Source: Sporomusaceae bacterium (GTDB lineage Bacteria > Bacillota > Negativicutes > UBA1444). From it: 64,000 bases of DNA. Position numbers and translations under genes: made by a program. Positions 48,137 to 58,454 of this stretch are shown in pieces. Below the pieces are notes generated by a model. The model did no database searches and was not told the origin of the DNA. It worked only from the letters and a program-made list of their open reading frames with translations. The stretch lies in contig JAHDPL010000010.1 in the NCBI GenBank assembly GCA_018434355.1, positions 73,164 through 137,163 on the forward strand, read 5' to 3'. Positions within the stretch are counted from its first letter, which is position 1. Each line of letters begins with the position of its first letter.

Positions 48137-48934
48137 ATGACGATAAAATTGATTGCGATTGATTTGGACGATACGCTGCTGGATAACCGGCAACAACTAA
48201 GTCCGCGGACGCTGGCGGTGCTGCAGCAAGCGATGCGAAACGGCGTGGCGGTGACCATCGCCACCGGGCGGATGTTTCAATCGGCGTTGCCGTTTGCCGC
48301 CGAACTGGGGATAACATTGCCGCTGATTACTTACAATGGTGCGCTAATCCGTCAGGTAGACAACGGGGAAACGATTTTTCACCGGCCGATCGAACCGGAA
48401 TTGGCTCAGGAACTGGCCGACCTGTTTCGCCAACGCAACTGGTATTTACAAAAATATGTCGATGATCGGCTATATGTGGCGGAACTGGACGAGAACGCCC
48501 GGTTTTATGCCGATTATGCCAAAGTGGAAGCGATACCGCTTGGCGATTCGTTCTTTCGCATGAGTGAAGCGCCGACGAAAATGCTCAGCATGGGTGAACC
48601 GACGGAGTTGGCCGCGATTTCGGCGGAACTGAACGAGCGTTATAGCGGTCGATTGTATCTGGCATCGTCAAAGAAACGCTATCTGGAAATGGTTGATGCC
48701 CGGGTGAACAAGGGGCAGGCGCTGGATTTTCTGGCCGGGCGGCTAGGAATCTCACAGAGCGAGGTTATGGCGATCGGCGATTCGATGAATGATCTGGATA
48801 TGATTCAATATGCCGGGATCGGTGTGGCGATGGGAAATGCCAATCCTACGGTACGGGCAGCGGCCGACTTCGTGACGCTCGGCAACGCCGAGGACGGCGT
48901 GGCGGCGGCAGTCGAAAAATTTGCATTGGGCTGA
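48137..48934 (+). CDS. Cof-type HAD-IIB family hydrolase.
   Basis: IAIDLDDTLL motif I. C-terminal GDSMNDLDM motif IV. Confidence 0.8.
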   Translation: MTIKLIAIDLDDTLLDNRQQLSPRTLAVLQQAMRNGVAVTIATGRMFQSALPFAAELGITLPLITYNGALIRQVDNGETIFHRPIEPELAQELADLFRQRNWYLQKYVDDRLYVAELDENARFYADYAKVEAIPLGDSFFRMSEAPTKMLSMGEPTELAAISAELNERYSGRLYLASSKKRYLEMVDARVNKGQALDFLAGRLGISQSEVMAIGDSMNDLDMIQYAGIGVAMGNANPTVRAAADFVTLGNAEDGVAAAVEKFALG

Positions 48935-48951
48935 TACGGGAGCGTGAGTTT

Positions 48952-49338
48952 GTGATAGTGGGAATCGGGATTGATCTGATCGAAATCCACCGGTTGAAAA
49001 AAGCCATTGAGAACCCTTTGTTCGTGCAACGGGTATTTACGCCGGCGGAGCGTGCTTATTGCGACAGTCGGGGCCGGCAGAACGCGGCCTCCTATGCTGC
49101 GCGTTTCGCAGCGAAAGAAGCGGTGATGAAAGCGCTGGGGACAGGACTGTCCGGTGGCGGAACTTGGCAGGACATAGAAATTCTGCCGGATGAAAAAGGC
49201 CAGCCACTGATGCAACTGACCGGTTTTTTTGGCGACCTGGCTGCTGAAATGCAGATTTCACGTGTCTTTGTCTCGATGTCGCATGCACAGGAGTTTGCCA
49301 CAGCCCAAGTATTGCTTTGGAGGGGTGAATCGGCATGA
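48952..49338 (+). CDS. acpS: Holo-[acyl-carrier-protein] synthase.
   Basis: (M)IVGIGIDLIEIHRLKKAI...FAAKEAVMKALG. Confidence 0.85.
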   Translation: MIVGIGIDLIEIHRLKKAIENPLFVQRVFTPAERAYCDSRGRQNAASYAARFAAKEAVMKALGTGLSGGGTWQDIEILPDEKGQPLMQLTGFFGDLAAEMQISRVFVSMSHAQEFATAQVLLWRGESA

Positions 49339-50882
49339 AAATCGCCACTAGCCGGGAAATGCGGGAGATCGACAAATCGACAATGGAGTGGTTTGGCCTG
49401 CCGGGAGTCGTGTTGATGGAGAACGCCGGTCAGGCGGTGGCTGAAAAGGCGATCGAAATTCTCGGCGAGCCGCGGGGCAAAGTCGTTTTTATTGTCTGTG
49501 GTCGCGGCAACAACGGCGGTGACGGTTATGCAGCGGCCCGTTGGCTACACAACCGCGGGGCGCGGGTAAAGTTGTTCCTGGCGATGGATCGCACGGTAGT
49601 CAAGGGCGATGCACTGATCCAGCTTGAGATTGCAACGCGGATGGGGATCGAGTGTTTTGACCATACGGAGCCGCGCGGTTTGGAGAAAGCCCGGATTGCG
49701 GTGGCGTTCGCCGACCTGGTGATCGATGCGCTGGCCGGGATCGGCCTGCATGGCGAGTTGAGCACGATATATCGCGACAGTATCGAATTGATGAACGGTT
49801 CAGGTAAAAGAATCCTCGCCGTCGACATTCCTTCCGGCGTCGATGCCGATACCGGCGCTGTGCGGGAAAAGGCGGTGCAGGCGATTGCCACCGTCACTTT
49901 TGGGTTGCCGAAACCCGGTTTGTTGCTGCAACCTGGCGCGGCCTGCTGCGGCGAGCTGGTTGTCGCGCCGATCGGGATTCCTCAGGAGTTGCTGACGGCG
50001 GCGACAATCCGTCAGACTTTGATTACACCGGAGTATGTGGCTAACCGATTGCCGCGTCGGGAGGCTGATGCTCATAAAGGCAGCCAGGGGCATGTGGTGG
50101 CGGTGGCCGGTTCGCGCGGACTCAGCGGCGCCGCATTTTTGGCTGCGCAGGGGGCATTGCGGGCTGGAGCGGGACTAGTTACCCTCGCCGTGCCGGAAAG
50201 TATCAGCAGTGTGATGGAAATGAAGACAACCGAGGCGATGACCCTGGCCTTGCCGGAAACCTTGGCGGGCGGGTTGGGCGCCGACGCCGTGAGGCAGGTG
50301 CAGGATTTTTCCAGCAGGTCTTCAGTGGTTTTGCTGGGGCCGGGACTAGGCCGACAGGAAGATACGCTGGAGGCCGTACGCGAGTTGGTGCGGACGCTTG
50401 AACGCCCGCTGGTGCTGGATGCCGATGCGCTATACGCAGTTGCCGGTCATAACGAACTATTGGCTGCGGCAGGCGGATTGGCCGTCCTGACGCCGCATCC
50501 GGGCGAAATGGCCCGACTGACCGGCCTGTCGGTGAAGCAGATACAGGCTGACCGTCTTGGCGCAGCGCGACGGGCGGCTGCCGAGTGGAACAGCATCGTT
50601 GTATTGAAAGGCTCCCGCACTGTGGTGGCGTTTCCTGACGGAGAATTGTATGTCAATCCTACCGGCAATCCCGGCATGGCCACCGGCGGCGCCGGCGACG
50701 TACTTGCCGGAATGATTGCTGCGTTTATTGCACAAGGCTTGTCGAGCCATGACGCCGCCGTGCTTGGCGTTTATCTGCACGGTGTGGCTGGCGACATGGC
50801 TGCAACTGGCCGGCCGATCGGCCTGACGGCGCTGGATTTGGCCGAACAGGTTCCAGCTGCGATATACTCACTTGTGATATAA
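49335..50882 (+). CDS. nnr: Bifunctional NAD(P)H-hydrate repair enzyme Nnr (epimerase plus ADP-dependent dehydratase).
   Basis: YjeF_N domain (VFIVCGRGNNGGDG). C-terminal carbohydrate-kinase-like domain (GGAGDVLAGMIA). Confidence 0.85.
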   Translation: MKIATSREMREIDKSTMEWFGLPGVVLMENAGQAVAEKAIEILGEPRGKVVFIVCGRGNNGGDGYAAARWLHNRGARVKLFLAMDRTVVKGDALIQLEIATRMGIECFDHTEPRGLEKARIAVAFADLVIDALAGIGLHGELSTIYRDSIELMNGSGKRILAVDIPSGVDADTGAVREKAVQAIATVTFGLPKPGLLLQPGAACCGELVVAPIGIPQELLTAATIRQTLITPEYVANRLPRREADAHKGSQGHVVAVAGSRGLSGAAFLAAQGALRAGAGLVTLAVPESISSVMEMKTTEAMTLALPETLAGGLGADAVRQVQDFSSRSSVVLLGPGLGRQEDTLEAVRELVRTLERPLVLDADALYAVAGHNELLAAAGGLAVLTPHPGEMARLTGLSVKQIQADRLGAARRAAAEWNSIVVLKGSRTVVAFPDGELYVNPTGNPGMATGGAGDVLAGMIAAFIAQGLSSHDAAVLGVYLHGVAGDMAATGRPIGLTALDLAEQVPAAIYSLVI

Positions 50883-50925
50883 TAATTTTATTAGATATGG
50901 CCGCCGAAAAAGGAGGTGAGGCCGG

Positions 50926-52002
50926 TTGCGCCTGCGTTATTGCGTAAGTTGGTTGGCGTTTTTTCTGTTTAGTATGGTTGCAGGACTGGTTTGGGCTGCT
51001 CCAGCAGATTCCGCTGTTTCGATAACCGGTATGCGTTGGGGCAAAACCGCTGATGCAGTAACCGGCTCCCAGACGATTCGGCTGGTGCTGGAGACCAGCG
51101 CGCCGGTTACCGTAGATCAGTTCATTACCGCCAAACCGAATTGGCGAATTGTCTTGACCATGCGGGGAGTTAATGCCGATAAACTTAAAATTTTGCCTTC
51201 GCCGGACCCAACGGTGGTAAAATCCCTGAGCACTGTGAAATCGACGAAGGATAGCCTGCATGTGATGATCGATTTGCCGGCTGAACTCAAGGAAAACCAG
51301 TATAAAGTGTTTACCCTGAAAGCTGACCCTAAGGCTAAACGGCCATTTCGCGTCGTTGTCGATATCGAAAAACCGGTACCAGTGACCGATGTACAATTCT
51401 CGACCGGCTTGCGGGGAAAACTGATCGTACTGGATCCGGGGCATGGCGGTACCGATCCTGGCGCCATCGGTCCGCGGCGTACTTATGAAAAGAACCTGAA
51501 CTGGGCTATGGCAGTACAAGTCAAGACGATCTTGGAACGGGCCGGCTCCACCGTGCTATTGACCCGTCCCGGCGATGTCGACCTGACGCCTGCATCCGCT
51601 TCGGATCGCGATGAACTGCGGGTACGGACGATGGTGGCGAATAACCGCAAAGCTGATATCTTTGTCAGTATCCACCACAATTCGTCGGTGAATTCGGACC
51701 TGACAGGAACATCCACGTATTATTATCCCAAGACGCCTTATGACGCGGTATTGGCGCAATGCCTCCAATCGGCGATGGTTCGCGGCGGCGGTCTGGACAA
51801 TATCGGGATTCGCACCGCCAACTTCTTTGTAGTAAAAAATACCTGGATGCCGGCGGCGTTACTGGAGATCGGCTATATTTCCAATCCACAGGAGGAGCAG
51901 ACATTGAATAATCCGGCGTTTCAACAAAAGATGGCATTGGCGATCGTGGCCGGCATCGATCATTTCTTTGGCCAGGCCGCGAAAATGCGAGGTGGACGAT
52001 GA
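50926..52002 (+). CDS. N-acetylmuramoyl-L-alanine amidase (Amidase_3) with an N-terminal AMIN-like domain.
   Basis: C-terminal LIVLDPGHGGTDPGA...ADIFVSIHHNS Amidase_3 motifs. TTG start after aaaggaggtgag. Confidence 0.75.
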   Translation: MRLRYCVSWLAFFLFSMVAGLVWAAPADSAVSITGMRWGKTADAVTGSQTIRLVLETSAPVTVDQFITAKPNWRIVLTMRGVNADKLKILPSPDPTVVKSLSTVKSTKDSLHVMIDLPAELKENQYKVFTLKADPKAKRPFRVVVDIEKPVPVTDVQFSTGLRGKLIVLDPGHGGTDPGAIGPRRTYEKNLNWAMAVQVKTILERAGSTVLLTRPGDVDLTPASASDRDELRVRTMVANNRKADIFVSIHHNSSVNSDLTGTSTYYYPKTPYDAVLAQCLQSAMVRGGGLDNIGIRTANFFVVKNTWMPAALLEIGYISNPQEEQTLNNPAFQQKMALAIVAGIDHFFGQAAKMRGGR

Positions 52003-52577
52003 TGAAACGCAGGCTGATTTTGCTATTTTTCTGTTGCTTGCTCGTTGTCGGATTGTTGTCTGGTTGTTCACCGGAGCAGGCCGGCAAGATTCCTCCTGTC
52101 ACGAACGGAGCGACCGTTCCGCCGCAAAAACCGGTTGTGCCTGTGAAGCCGCCGGTCGTCGAGACGGTGCCGGTTAAAGTGTATTTTGGTACGCACAATG
52201 CGCGTTACCTGGTAGCAGAGGTTTATCAACTGAAACCGGGCCCGCAGTTGATGCAACAGGCGCTGGAAACCATGGCCAATGGCCCGCGCAGCAGTGATTT
52301 GGTGGCGGTGATTCCCAAAGCGACCAAAGTGAAGAGCGTAGTGGTGCGCGACCGGATGGCAATCGTCGATTTTTCCTCCGAGCTGGTTAAACGGGGCTTT
52401 GGTGGTTCGGCTACCGAGATCTTGGCGGTGGCGGCGATTGTCAACACGCTGACCGAGTTTCCCGAGGTGGAACGGGTGCAGATACTGGTGGAAGGCAAAA
52501 AAGTGGATACGTTGTTCGGACATATCGACGTATATGATCCGCTGAGCCGATCGCCCGGAATCATCAAGAACAAATAG
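51999..52577 (+). CDS. GerMN-domain lipoprotein (spore germination protein GerM-like).
   Basis: Lipobox LLSGC. GerMN-like C-terminal block (VKVYFGT...VDFSSELV...VERVQILVEGKKVDTLFGHIDV). Confidence 0.6.
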   Translation: MMKRRLILLFFCCLLVVGLLSGCSPEQAGKIPPVTNGATVPPQKPVVPVKPPVVETVPVKVYFGTHNARYLVAEVYQLKPGPQLMQQALETMANGPRSSDLVAVIPKATKVKSVVVRDRMAIVDFSSELVKRGFGGSATEILAVAAIVNTLTEFPEVERVQILVEGKKVDTLFGHIDVYDPLSRSPGIIKNK

Positions 52578-52587
52578 ATAGAATGGA

Positions 52588-52640
52588 AAAGCGGGCTGAA
52601 GAAAACAATAGTGTTTTCTCATAGCCCGCTTTTTTGATGG
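52588..52640. terminator. Bidirectional rho-independent terminator between the gerM-like gene (+) and alr (-).
   Basis: AAAAGCGGGCT...AGCCCGCTTTTTT with an inner GAAAACA/TGTTTTC helix. A-tract on one side and T-tract on the other. Confidence 0.75.
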
Positions 52641-53008
52641 TTATTTGAGTTTATTGGTTTTGACTATGAAAGGTCTCTTTCTCCGATTTTCACCTGAATT
52701 CGTAACGGCTTGGTGAGTCGATTTTTCGTACGGCCTCAAACGCTCCGGTCTTCACACAGCCTGTAAGATCAATGCGTTTCCAACAGGCTGTAGCTCGACA
52801 TTACTCGACTAAGCTTCCTTCGTCGCTGCGCTCCTTTGAAGCAAGTCTCATATTATCCGTCGCTGTGAGGCCTAAAATCAAACTCATCTTCGCCGACGAA
52901 TTTTCAGTAAAAATCTCATGAAATCGACTATTTTCCTAGTCAAAACCTTGCAACCGAAGTTTGCGTTGGCAATCTTAATGATTTCAAGCGTTTCCCTTCA
53001 CATCACAA

Positions 53009-54124
53009 TTAATTATCAATGTACACCCGCGGCACGCGCGGACTGATCGCGCAGGCCAGTTCATAGTTGATCGTGCCGGCCAGCACGGCCAGCTCGGTCA
53101 GCGTGATTTCGGCCTGGCCCTGTCGGCCGAACAGGACGGCTTCATCGCCTACGGCGGCATCGCATTCGGGACCGAGGTCGATGACGGTCTGGTCCATGCA
53201 GACCCGACCCACGACTGGTCGGCGGATGCCGTTTACCAGTACGAAGCCTTTATTGGACAAGTGCCTGCTATAGCCGTCCGCATAGCCGACCGGCAACGTG
53301 GCCAGCCAAGTCGGGCGAGCCGTGCGATGGGTGCATCCGTAGCTGACCGGTGTGTCGGCAGGGACCTGTTTGATATGAACGATGCGGGTCACCAGCGACA
53401 TGACCGGCTGGAGGTCGATCTGCAAGGGCATGTCCGGCGCCGGCGGCAGTCCGTACAGAATGATGCCGGGTCGAACCGCGTCGAAGTGGGCGTCAGGGAA
53501 GGCGTCGGTTGCGGCGCTGTTGGCAGCCGACAATAGCGGCAGAACAATCCCTTTCTCTCGCAGTGCCTGCACAATCTGCTGCAGACAGGCGAGCTGACTG
53601 TGGGTAAAACTGCTGTCCGCTTCATCGGCAGCGGCAAAATGGGTGAACAATCCACAGACTTCAACGCCGGAACGCGACAGCGCCTGTTCGACAAAATCCG
53701 CAGCTTCGACCGGTTGCAGTCCGACCCGTCCCATACCGGTATCCAGTTTGATCATGATGCGGACCCGGCTGTTTTTTTTCTGACCGACGGCGTCGAAGGC
53801 CTCCAGGCTGGCCTGAGAACCGACGGCGGCGATCAAACCGTAATCGGCGAACACTGCGGCTTGTTCGGGCAAGGACATGCCAAGAACCAGAATCGGCGAA
53901 TGAAATCCTGCAGCCCGTAGTTCGACCGCTTCTTCCGGGATGGCTACAGCCAGCCAATCCGCTCCTGTGCTCAGGGCGACCCGGCTGATCGGGATGGCGC
54001 CATGACCATAGGCGTTGGCTTTGACTACGGCGATGAACCGGGTTTTGTCAGGCAAATGCCGCCTGATTTGTTTCACATTGTGGCGGAGCGCCGCCAGATT
54101 GATGATGGCTCGGGTGGGTCTCAA
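53009..54124 (-). CDS. alr: Alanine racemase.
   Basis: N-terminus AVVKANAYGHG (PLP-binding Lys). 371 aa. Confidence 0.9.
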   Translation of the reverse strand: MRPTRAIINLAALRHNVKQIRRHLPDKTRFIAVVKANAYGHGAIPISRVALSTGADWLAVAIPEEAVELRAAGFHSPILVLGMSLPEQAAVFADYGLIAAVGSQASLEAFDAVGQKKNSRVRIMIKLDTGMGRVGLQPVEAADFVEQALSRSGVEVCGLFTHFAAADEADSSFTHSQLACLQQIVQALREKGIVLPLLSAANSAATDAFPDAHFDAVRPGIILYGLPPAPDMPLQIDLQPVMSLVTRIVHIKQVPADTPVSYGCTHRTARPTWLATLPVGYADGYSRHLSNKGFVLVNGIRRPVVGRVCMDQTVIDLGPECDAAVGDEAVLFGRQGQAEITLTELAVLAGTINYELACAISPRVPRVYIDN

Positions 54125-54246
54125 TCAAACATCGCCTCACTTTCTATTCCTAAAGATATTAGCCGTCGCGTTCGCTTTTTCCTTGTAGCGGCGCAACGAT
54201 TTTTATTTTGTGATATACTACTTTTTAGAAAATCCGGCGAAAGCAG

Positions 54247-54717
54247 GTGCCTGTTTTGTTAGTCTATTCAAGCTCAGCGCCAGAAACGACCCGAAGTGTC
54301 GCTCGTTCTCTCTGCGACAAACTGATCGTCGGCGATGTTGTTTTGCTTTATGGGGACCTGGGTGCAGGAAAAACCGAGTTTGTCAAAGGGTTGGCAGCCG
54401 GACTCGGCGTGGACGAACCGGTGACCAGTCCGACGTTTGCCTTGCTGAATGTTTACCAAGGCCGGATGCCGCTCTATCATTTCGATCTGTATCGGTTGGA
54501 CCGGCTGGAAGAATTGGACGGTATCGGTTTTGACGAATTCATCGGCGGCGACGGACTGGCTGTAATCGAATGGCCGGACCGGTTTGCCGCGGCGCTGCCG
54601 GAGGAATTTATCAAAGTAATCATCCGAGCGGGAGAAACCGTGGCGCAGCGGGTCATTGAGATTGTACCGACAGGCGTCCGTTATGCAGGCCGCTGGGAAG
54701 GGAGTGGATCAAACTGA
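54247..54717 (+). CDS. tsaE: tRNA threonylcarbamoyladenosine biosynthesis ATPase TsaE.
   Basis: P-loop YGDLGAGKTEFVKG. 156 aa. Confidence 0.85.
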   Translation: MPVLLVYSSSAPETTRSVARSLCDKLIVGDVVLLYGDLGAGKTEFVKGLAAGLGVDEPVTSPTFALLNVYQGRMPLYHFDLYRLDRLEELDGIGFDEFIGGDGLAVIEWPDRFAAALPEEFIKVIIRAGETVAQRVIEIVPTGVRYAGRWEGSGSN

Positions 54718-55418
54718 TTCTGGCAATCGAGACATCCACGCCGGTCTGCGGCGCCGCCCTGGTTCAGACGGGACGGTTGCTGGCTGAAATCAATGTACAA
54801 ACCGGCAATACACATTCGGAACGTTTGATGCCGCAACTGGAGCGGCTATTTTCGCTGGCTGGGGCCGATACGGCTGAAGTCGCAGCGCTGGCCGTCAGTA
54901 TCGGGCCTGGCTCTTTCACTGGCCTGCGGATTGGACTGACAACCGCCAAAACGTTGGCCTACGCTTGGGGAAAAACGATTGTCGGCGTTCCTACCTTGGA
55001 AGCGCTGGCATACGGTTGTCCCTGCGCCGATGGCTGGGTGGCGGCGCTATTGGATGCGCAAAAGGGGCGAGTGTATCGGGCGATCTATCGCTGGCAGGCA
55101 GGACGGCTTTGTGAGGTCAGTCCGGTTGAGATCGCGCCGGCAACGGCAGTGGTTGCCGAACTGGCAGCGCTGCCTGCACCGGTGATGGTGGTTGGCGAAT
55201 CGGTCCGTGAACATCGCGCATTGATTGATGCGACAAACGGCAGGGTGGTTGCAGCGCCGGAGGCGGCACTGATGCCGCGGGCGGCGGCGGTCGCACTACT
55301 GGGTTATGAAAAATGGCGGCAAGGATCGGCGGTTCGGCCGGAAGAACTTAATCCTTTCTATGTCAGGCGGGCCGAAGCGGAAGAACTTTGGGAACGCCGC
55401 CTGCGGGAGCAGGCATGA
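54714..55418 (+). CDS. tsaB: tRNA threonylcarbamoyladenosine biosynthesis protein TsaB. Start codon uncertain.
   Basis: Conserved N-terminus LILAIETSTPVCGAALV lies upstream of the first canonical start (TTG at 54777). The frame is open back through CTG at 54714 and ATT at 54717, preceded by an AAGGGAG RBS. Confidence 0.7.
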   Translation: MILAIETSTPVCGAALVQTGRLLAEINVQTGNTHSERLMPQLERLFSLAGADTAEVAALAVSIGPGSFTGLRIGLTTAKTLAYAWGKTIVGVPTLEALAYGCPCADGWVAALLDAQKGRVYRAIYRWQAGRLCEVSPVEIAPATAVVAELAALPAPVMVVGESVREHRALIDATNGRVVAAPEAALMPRAAAVALLGYEKWRQGSAVRPEELNPFYVRRAEAEELWERRLREQA

Positions 55419-55867
55419 GCGCAGAAATTATAGTGCGGGCAATGACGCCGGACGACCTGGACGGAGTGATGGCTGTGGAGCAGGAGTCGTTTCCCGCACC
55501 ATGGTCCCGTTCGGCTTTCGCCGAAGAGCTGGAAAAAAACCGATTGGCCCGCTACCTGGTGGCGATCGATGGTGAAACGATTGTCGGCTATGCGGGGACC
55601 TGGCTGGTAATCAATGAGGCGCATGTGACCAATGTGGCGGTACACGCTGGTCGTCGTCACGAAGGGATCGGCCGGTTGTTGATGGAGACGCTGATGAAGC
55701 TGGCCCGCGATGAAGGGATGGAATCGATGACGCTGGAAGTGCGGGTTTCCAATGAACCGGCCAAGGCGTTGTACCAGCAACTCGGCTTTGTTTCAGCCGG
55801 CATCCGCAAGAATTATTATTCCGAAACCAAGGAGGACGCACTGATTTTGTGGCGTGAAAAGCTATGA
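55415..55867 (+). CDS. rimI: Ribosomal-protein-alanine N-acetyltransferase RimI.
   Basis: ATGA overlap with tsaB. GNAT core (GIGRLLMETLMKLARDEG). 150 aa. Confidence 0.8.
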   Translation: MSAEIIVRAMTPDDLDGVMAVEQESFPAPWSRSAFAEELEKNRLARYLVAIDGETIVGYAGTWLVINEAHVTNVAVHAGRRHEGIGRLLMETLMKLARDEGMESMTLEVRVSNEPAKALYQQLGFVSAGIRKNYYSETKEDALILWREKL

Positions 55868-56883
55868 GCGTACTGGTGCTGGGACTGGAAACCAGTTGCG
55901 ACGAAACTTCAGCCGCAGTGATCGAAGACGGTCGCAAGATCCGGTCCAATATCATCGCCTCGCAAATCCCGGTTCATCAGAAGTATGGGGGAGTTGTGCC
56001 GGAACTGGCGTCGCGGCGGCATGTCGAAGACGTGATCCCGGTCATCGACCAGGCATTGTCAGTGGCCGGAGTGGGACTAGCAGATCTGGATGCTGTAGGG
56101 GTGACCTATGGACCGGGTCTGGTCGGCGCCTTGCTGGTCGGGGTTGCGGCTGCCAAAGCGCTGTCTTTTGCTGCATCGATTCCGCTGATCGGCGTGCATC
56201 ACCTGGAAGGGCATATGTTCGCGCCGCTTCTCACTCATCCGGAACTGGCGCCGCCGTTTGTCGGGCTGATCGTATCCGGCGGACACACTTCGCTGGTGCA
56301 TGTGCGGGACTATTCATCGTTTCAATTGTTGGGACAGACGCGGGACGATGCGGCCGGAGAGGCGTTCGACAAGGTTGCGCGAGTCCTTGGCTTGCCGTAT
56401 CCCGGCGGTCCGCACGTGGAAGCGCTGGCACGCAGCGGCAATCCGACGGCGATTCGTTTTCCGCGTTCATTTGCCGGCGACGGCACGTTCGAATTCAGTT
56501 TCAGCGGATTAAAGTCGGCGGTGATCAATGTTTTGCATACGGCGTCCCAACGTGGAGAGACTTTGGTAGCGGCCGATGTGGCGGCTTCCTTCCAGGCGGC
56601 GGTTGTGGATATTTTGGCGGAAAAGGCGCTGCAGGCGTTGCAGCAGTGTAAAGTACCGTCGTTAGTGTTGTCTGGCGGCGTCGCAGCTAACAGCTGCTTG
56701 CGCAATGAGCTTGAGCGGCGCTGCCAGTCGGCAGGGTTCCGGTTTTATTCTCCGGACACTGTTTTATGCACCGATAACGCCGCTATGATTGGCTGCCGGG
56801 CCTATTACCAACTGCAAGCCGGAGACATCGCCGATCTGCGTTTGAATGCGATCCCAAGTCTGCCGCTCGGTGGAAAACGCTGA
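55864..56883 (+). CDS. tsaD: tRNA N6-adenosine threonylcarbamoyltransferase TsaD.
   Basis: LGLETSCDETSAAV...HHLEGH metal-binding motifs. 339 aa. Confidence 0.9.
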   Translation: MSVLVLGLETSCDETSAAVIEDGRKIRSNIIASQIPVHQKYGGVVPELASRRHVEDVIPVIDQALSVAGVGLADLDAVGVTYGPGLVGALLVGVAAAKALSFAASIPLIGVHHLEGHMFAPLLTHPELAPPFVGLIVSGGHTSLVHVRDYSSFQLLGQTRDDAAGEAFDKVARVLGLPYPGGPHVEALARSGNPTAIRFPRSFAGDGTFEFSFSGLKSAVINVLHTASQRGETLVAADVAASFQAAVVDILAEKALQALQQCKVPSLVLSGGVAANSCLRNELERRCQSAGFRFYSPDTVLCTDNAAMIGCRAYYQLQAGDIADLRLNAIPSLPLGGKR

Positions 56884-57030
56884 AACGGAAAATGTGGATT
56901 CTCTATACAAACAGGTTTTAGCGCCGGAATATCAACAGGTTTTCCTGTGGACAAACTTGTTGATACTGTGGATAAGTCGGGGATAAACCGTGGAAAGAAT
57001 TTTTTGCAAGGAGTGCGGGGCGTTAAGAAT

Positions 57031-58440
57031 ATGACCATACAGGACGTACATTTGCCGGTGCTGCCCAAATTTTCGGCAGCCGATACGGAACTGCTGGAGC
57101 GAATACAGGGACGGCTGGAGTTAGCCGGCGATATCTCGCATGCCCAAGTCAGTTTGTATGTCCGAGCCGGTCGGGCGAAAAAACTGATCATGCTCGGACA
57201 GGCGCGATCCCGCAACAGTCTGTCGCCGCAGCGAATCCTGCCTGGCGGGGTGACTTTCGCTGCTGCCGAAGAACCGTTGGTCTGGAAGACGCTCGAAATT
57301 GGCGAACGGATCACCGGACAACGCGAATGGGCGCTTGGCATGGAACCGCTATTCATGGAAACATTCCCGGTAAAGACGGCGAAGGGGAAAATCATTGCCG
57401 TGCTCAGCTTTGAACTGAGCGGCGAGGAAACCGGCGCCGACCACCAGATTCTGTTGGAAACCGTCTATATGTTGCTGGTTTCTGATTATGACCTGCAGAA
57501 AAAGTTCGTTTACCGGCCGTTGTTTTCACAGGACGGGATTCTGGTCGTCAATGAAAGAGGCCAGATTATCTATGCCAATGCGGCGGCGGCAAGCATCTAT
57601 CGCGTGTTGGGCGTGGGGCGGTTGCTCGGTCGTCGGGTGCATGAACGGGCCCTGTCGTTCCGCTTGGCGCAAAAAGCGGCGATCACCGGTCAACCGCAAG
57701 AGATGGAAGTGGAAGTCGCCGGGTTAGTGTTGTCGGAGAAAGCCGTTCCGGTCGTGCAATCCGGCAAAACCGTCCGGATGTTGCTGTTTGTGGCCGATGT
57801 TACCCAGCTGCGCAAAAAAGAAAAAGAACTGCTGGTAAAGTCGGCTGTTATCCAGGAAATTCACCACCGGGTAAAGAACAATCTCCAGACTATCGCCAGT
57901 TTGCTGAGGCTGCAGGCGCGGCGCAGCGAATCGCCGGAAGTCAGGGCGGCGCTGCGCGAAAGCGTCAACCGGATTCTCAGTATTTCCCTGGTGCATGAAT
58001 TCTTGTCGCAGCAAGATGAGGAATTGATCAATGTGGCGGAAGTCGCCCGCAATATTTACGATTTAGTAATTCAAAGCATGCTTGAACCTGGCTTTGCGAT
58101 CGAAAAGATCTTTGAGTCCGAACCGGTGATTTTGCCGTCGGAACGGGCCAGCAGCCTGGCGCTGGTGGTAAACGAACTGGTGCAAAATGCGATTGAGCAT
58201 GGATTTGTTGGGCGCAGCAGTGGTATTATAGGGTTGCGGCTTTCGATCGCATCGGAGCGCGAATACCGTCTGGAAATCTACGATAACGGCGTCGGCTTGC
58301 CAGAAGGCTTTGACAGGGCCAAGACAAAGAGCCTGGGAATTCAGATTGTGCGTACTCTGGTCGAAACCGACCTGGGCGGCAGTTTCGAACTGGTCAGTAG
58401 CGGCGGAACTCATGCAATAATCACGATACCCCGTACATAG
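57031..58440 (+). CDS. Sensor histidine kinase, HisKA_2-type (phosphoacceptor EIHHRVKNNLQ), with an N-terminal GAF/PAS-like sensor region.
   Basis: H-box HRVKNNLQTIASLL. HATPase_c motifs (NELVQNAIEHGF, DNGVGLP). Start could also be GTG at 56947 or 57016. Confidence 0.65.
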   Translation: MTIQDVHLPVLPKFSAADTELLERIQGRLELAGDISHAQVSLYVRAGRAKKLIMLGQARSRNSLSPQRILPGGVTFAAAEEPLVWKTLEIGERITGQREWALGMEPLFMETFPVKTAKGKIIAVLSFELSGEETGADHQILLETVYMLLVSDYDLQKKFVYRPLFSQDGILVVNERGQIIYANAAAASIYRVLGVGRLLGRRVHERALSFRLAQKAAITGQPQEMEVEVAGLVLSEKAVPVVQSGKTVRMLLFVADVTQLRKKEKELLVKSAVIQEIHHRVKNNLQTIASLLRLQARRSESPEVRAALRESVNRILSISLVHEFLSQQDEELINVAEVARNIYDLVIQSMLEPGFAIEKIFESEPVILPSERASSLALVVNELVQNAIEHGFVGRSSGIIGLRLSIASEREYRLEIYDNGVGLPEGFDRAKTKSLGIQIVRTLVETDLGGSFELVSSGGTHAIITIPRT

Positions 58441-58454
58441 GAGGGAGAACAACG

